A DNA stretch of 64,000 bases, taken from the NCBI GenBank assembly GCA_046732935.1, contig JBKPOC010000087.1, positions 40,044 to 104,043 on the forward strand, written 5' to 3'. Every line of letters begins with the position of its first letter. The first letter of the stretch is position 1. The position numbers were made by a program, and so were the translations under genes. This stretch comes from Acidobacteriota bacterium. GTDB lineage: Bacteria > Acidobacteriota > Blastocatellia > Pyrinomonadales > Pyrinomonadaceae. The notes under the pieces are model-generated. The model had not been told where the DNA came from. It worked only from the letters and a program-made list of their open reading frames with translations, and ran no database searches. Shown here piece after piece: positions 61,438 to 64,000 of this stretch.

Positions 61438-64000
61438 GTGTTAAGAGTATTGCTTCATCGACTCGCAGGACTGTTTCGAAAACAACAGCGCGAGCAGGAA
61501 CTCGACGAAGAGATCCAGTCGCACATCGAGATGCAGGTCGAGGACAACGTTCGCAAGGGAATGTCTCTCGAGGAAGCGCGATATGCAGCGCGGCGGAGCT
61601 TCGGCGGCGTCGACCAGATCAAAGAAGTGTATCGAGACCGCAGAGGCGTTCCGCTGATTGAAACGATGTTGCAGGACGCGCGATTCGCGGTTCGCGTCCT
61701 GCTTCGCAGCCCGATCTACACGTCCGTAGTCGTGCTAACTCTCGCAATCGGCATCGGTGCAAATACCGCCATCTTCAGTCTCGTAGACGCGGTCTTGATC
61801 AAGATGTTGCCGGTAAGAGACCCGGAACAACTCGTAGCGATCGAGACCTTCACCGAACGTGGTGAGCGCAACAACTTCTCCTATCCCCTGTTCGAGCAAC
61901 TGCGCGATCACACTAAGACCTTTAGCGGAGTTTTCGCCGCTATCGACGGAACGAGCAACATGGACATGATCGGTCCGGCCGAGGATGCTCAACCGGTGCC
62001 CGTCGAAGTTCAACTTGTCTCGGGCGAATACTTCTCCACGCTCGGTGTGAATGCGATAACCGGCCGTACGCTGACGACAGAAGACAACAAAAATCCCAAC
62101 GCGCATCCCGTCGCGGTTCTCAATTACGCCTTCTGGCAGAACAAGCTCGACGGTGATCCGTCGATCGTCGGCAAGGGCATCAAGTTGAAGAATCAGCCAT
62201 TCACCGTCGTCGGCGTGACTCCTCCCGACTTTTTTGGCGAATCGGTTGGGCGGGCGCCCGATGTGTGGGTCCCGCTGATGATGCAGCCGGCGTTTGATCG
62301 CGGTGAATCGTATCTGGGTTTGCCGAACATGGGTTGGCTTCGCGTGATGGCCCGGCTCGCGCCCGGTGGAAGCGCGCAGCAGGCACAAGCGGAACTGGCA
62401 GTCTGGCTCAGCCAGGTCCAATCAGATCAGACTGAACTCGGACGTAACGCTCGTCGCTTGCGCAATGTAGAAGTCCTCGCGGGCAGCAAAGGTCTGTCAG
62501 AGACGCGGGTAAAGTTCTCGCGGCAACTGTGGATACTGACGGCCGTCGTCGGACTACTGCTTCTGATCGCGTGCGCGAACGTCGCCAACCTTCTGCTGGT
62601 GCGCGCGTCAGTGCGTGCAAAAGAAGTTGCGGTTCGACTGGCGATCGGCGCAGGACGTTGGAGACTCATCCGGCAATTCCTCACCGAGTCGCTGCTACTC
62701 GCTTTCGCCGGCGCTGTTCTGGGACTGATCCTGGCGTCGTGGGGTAGCAAGCTTCTGTTGGTGATGGCGTCCGAAGGCTCTGCGCCGATCCCGATCAACG
62801 TTTCGCTGAACCTGAGAATTCTCGGGTTCACGATGCTGGTCGCATTGATCACCGCGGTCCTGTTCGGGCTTGTGCCTGCGTTGTCCGCGACGCGACACGA
62901 TCTCAACACCACGCTCAAGGAGAATACCGTTGCAAATCCGCGGCTTCCTCTCTCGCGCGTGTTGATAGTGTTTCAGGTTGCGCTCTCGCTGCTTTTGATT
63001 ACAGGAGCTGGACTGTTCGTTCAAACACTACGAAATCTGCGCGTTCGTAACATGGGTTTCGAGGCCGACAAGGTCTTGCAGGTCAGAATCGACGCTCGTT
63101 CCGCCGGCTACAAAGACGAACAGTTTGCAGACCTCTACGCGCGCGTGCTGAACTCGATTGCCTCTGTTCCAGGCGTTGTATCCGCGAGCACTTCAGACAG
63201 CGGATTCAGAACCGGAAGCGCGCGGACCTGTTGCATTGCCGTCGAGGGTTACAGTTTCAGTGCGAATGAAGATCGGCAGGTTCGCGTCAACACCGTCGCA
63301 CCGGGTTATTTCAAGACGATGGGATTGCCGATCCGTCTGGGTCGCGATTTTCAACCGCAGGACTTGAACCCACAACAGAAGCCCGGTTCGTTTCCGAAAC
63401 TGGCCATCATCAACGAGACGATGGCCCGGCATTACTTTGGCAATGCGAATCCGATCGGAAAACGGTTTGGCTGGGGTGATCCGCCTGACGTCAAGTACGA
63501 CGTTGAAATCGTCGGCGTTGCCGATAACGCGATCTATGGAAACCTCCGCGAAGAGACGTCTTCTCTGATCTACTTCCCGAGTAATAAAGGACAACTGCTC
63601 GTGGTGCGTGCCGCGGGAGCGCCGGAGTCTGTCATTGCGTCAATCCGAAACGAGATACGAGGCGTCGACAAGAACCTGAGGATCTCCGGAATCAAGACCG
63701 TGCCTCAACTGATCGATCAGTCGTTGGTCCTGGAACGACTGCTCGCAAAGCTCTCGAGTTTCTTCAGTGTGCTGGCGCTGCTGTTGGCGTCGATCGGGTT
63801 GTATGGCGTGATGGCGTACGCGGTCGTTCGCCGGACGAAAGAGATAGGTATTCGCATGGCGCTCGGTGCTCAACCCGACAGTCTGCGCTGGATGGTGTTG
63901 CGCGAGACTCTGTGGCTCGTGATCGTCGGCGTGCTCATTGGAGTACCGGCTGCTCTTGCGGCGACACGGTTTATCTCGAGTCTGCTCTACGGTCTGACGC
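61438..64000 (+). CDS. ADOP-family MacB/FtsX-type permease; the 3' end lies outside the window (absent from the ORF track)
   Basis: The GTG at 61438 is 3 nt after the PadR stop codon, and the frame is open to nt 64000. It reads VLRVLLHRLAGLFRKQQREQELDEEIQSHIEMQVEDNVRKGMSLEEARYAARRSFGGVDQIKEVYRD..., then LQDARFAVRVLLRSPIYT, then FtsX bundles with KEVAVRLAIGA and KEIGIRMALGA. Confidence 0.9.
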   Translation, partial: MLRVLLHRLAGLFRKQQREQELDEEIQSHIEMQVEDNVRKGMSLEEARYAARRSFGGVDQIKEVYRDRRGVPLIETMLQDARFAVRVLLRSPIYTSVVVLTLAIGIGANTAIFSLVDAVLIKMLPVRDPEQLVAIETFTERGERNNFSYPLFEQLRDHTKTFSGVFAAIDGTSNMDMIGPAEDAQPVPVEVQLVSGEYFSTLGVNAITGRTLTTEDNKNPNAHPVAVLNYAFWQNKLDGDPSIVGKGIKLKNQPFTVVGVTPPDFFGESVGRAPDVWVPLMMQPAFDRGESYLGLPNMGWLRVMARLAPGGSAQQAQAELAVWLSQVQSDQTELGRNARRLRNVEVLAGSKGLSETRVKFSRQLWILTAVVGLLLLIACANVANLLLVRASVRAKEVAVRLAIGAGRWRLIRQFLTESLLLAFAGAVLGLILASWGSKLLLVMASEGSAPIPINVSLNLRILGFTMLVALITAVLFGLVPALSATRHDLNTTLKENTVANPRLPLSRVLIVFQVALSLLLITGAGLFVQTLRNLRVRNMGFEADKVLQVRIDARSAGYKDEQFADLYARVLNSIASVPGVVSASTSDSGFRTGSARTCCIAVEGYSFSANEDRQVRVNTVAPGYFKTMGLPIRLGRDFQPQDLNPQQKPGSFPKLAIINETMARHYFGNANPIGKRFGWGDPPDVKYDVEIVGVADNAIYGNLREETSSLIYFPSNKGQLLVVRAAGAPESVIASIRNEIRGVDKNLRISGIKTVPQLIDQSLVLERLLAKLSSFFSVLALLLASIGLYGVMAYAVVRRTKEIGIRMALGAQPDSLRWMVLRETLWLVIVGVLIGVPAALAATRFISSLLYGLT

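Noticed and set aside
61735-63873. A series of minus-strand ORFs (61735-62421, 62427-62918, 62695-63024, 63193-63594, 63640-63873).
   Set aside because: All are antisense to an unlisted plus-strand frame that is open from 61438 to the window end. That frame reads as a textbook ADOP permease directly behind its PadR gene.

Overview
This is a chromosomal window of roughly 58-60 % G+C by eye. I can support 43 protein-coding genes. I saw no rRNA, tRNA, CRISPR array, transposase or integrase. The gene content suggests an Acidobacteria-like soil bacterium (inference). It includes three ADOP/MacB-type duplicated permeases (one with its PadR partner), a CarboxypepD_reg-type TonB-dependent receptor, many secreted FG-GAP, BNR and TPR proteins, and a PEP-CTERM/exosortase pair. 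The ORF track misses two genes that are cut by the window edges: an HExxH metalloprotease at 1-2213 and a third ADOP permease at 61438-64000. Many tracked starts are over-extended TTG/GTG starts, which I trimmed where a Shine-Dalgarno plus ATG/GTG start or a signal peptide supports a shorter gene. Main items: (1) A tightly coupled five-gene enediyne-type PKS cassette (unbL-unbV-unbU-pksE-thioesterase, 47790-57916). It has a translationally coupled AraC-like gene and a neighbouring MMPL exporter, but no other recognisable enediyne genes nearby. (2) An ECF sigma factor followed by a zinc-finger anti-sigma factor fused to TPR and CHAT (caspase-like) domains (31086-35276). Downstream lie a Tat-exported unknown protein and a lower-GC module of coiled-coil, lipoprotein and Big_2 genes with no recognisable function. 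(3) A single-substrate exosortase cassette (multi-TM VIT-vWA-PEP-CTERM protein, exosortase, EpsI-like protein; 6884-10610). (4) Several strong non-coding structures: a perfect 42-bp inverted repeat pair (46048-46238), a 34-bp inverted repeat (13911-14004), a heptad-repeat palindrome (38253-38344) and a 19-bp operator-like palindrome (39904-39950). Also present are a second TPR-CHAT protein, a VapBC-like pair, a divergent NRAMP-like transporter coupled to two PRC-barrel genes, a divergent secretin-like gene, and an orphan 3' fragment of an ADOP permease gene. All functional calls come from reading motifs in the translations. No database search was run.
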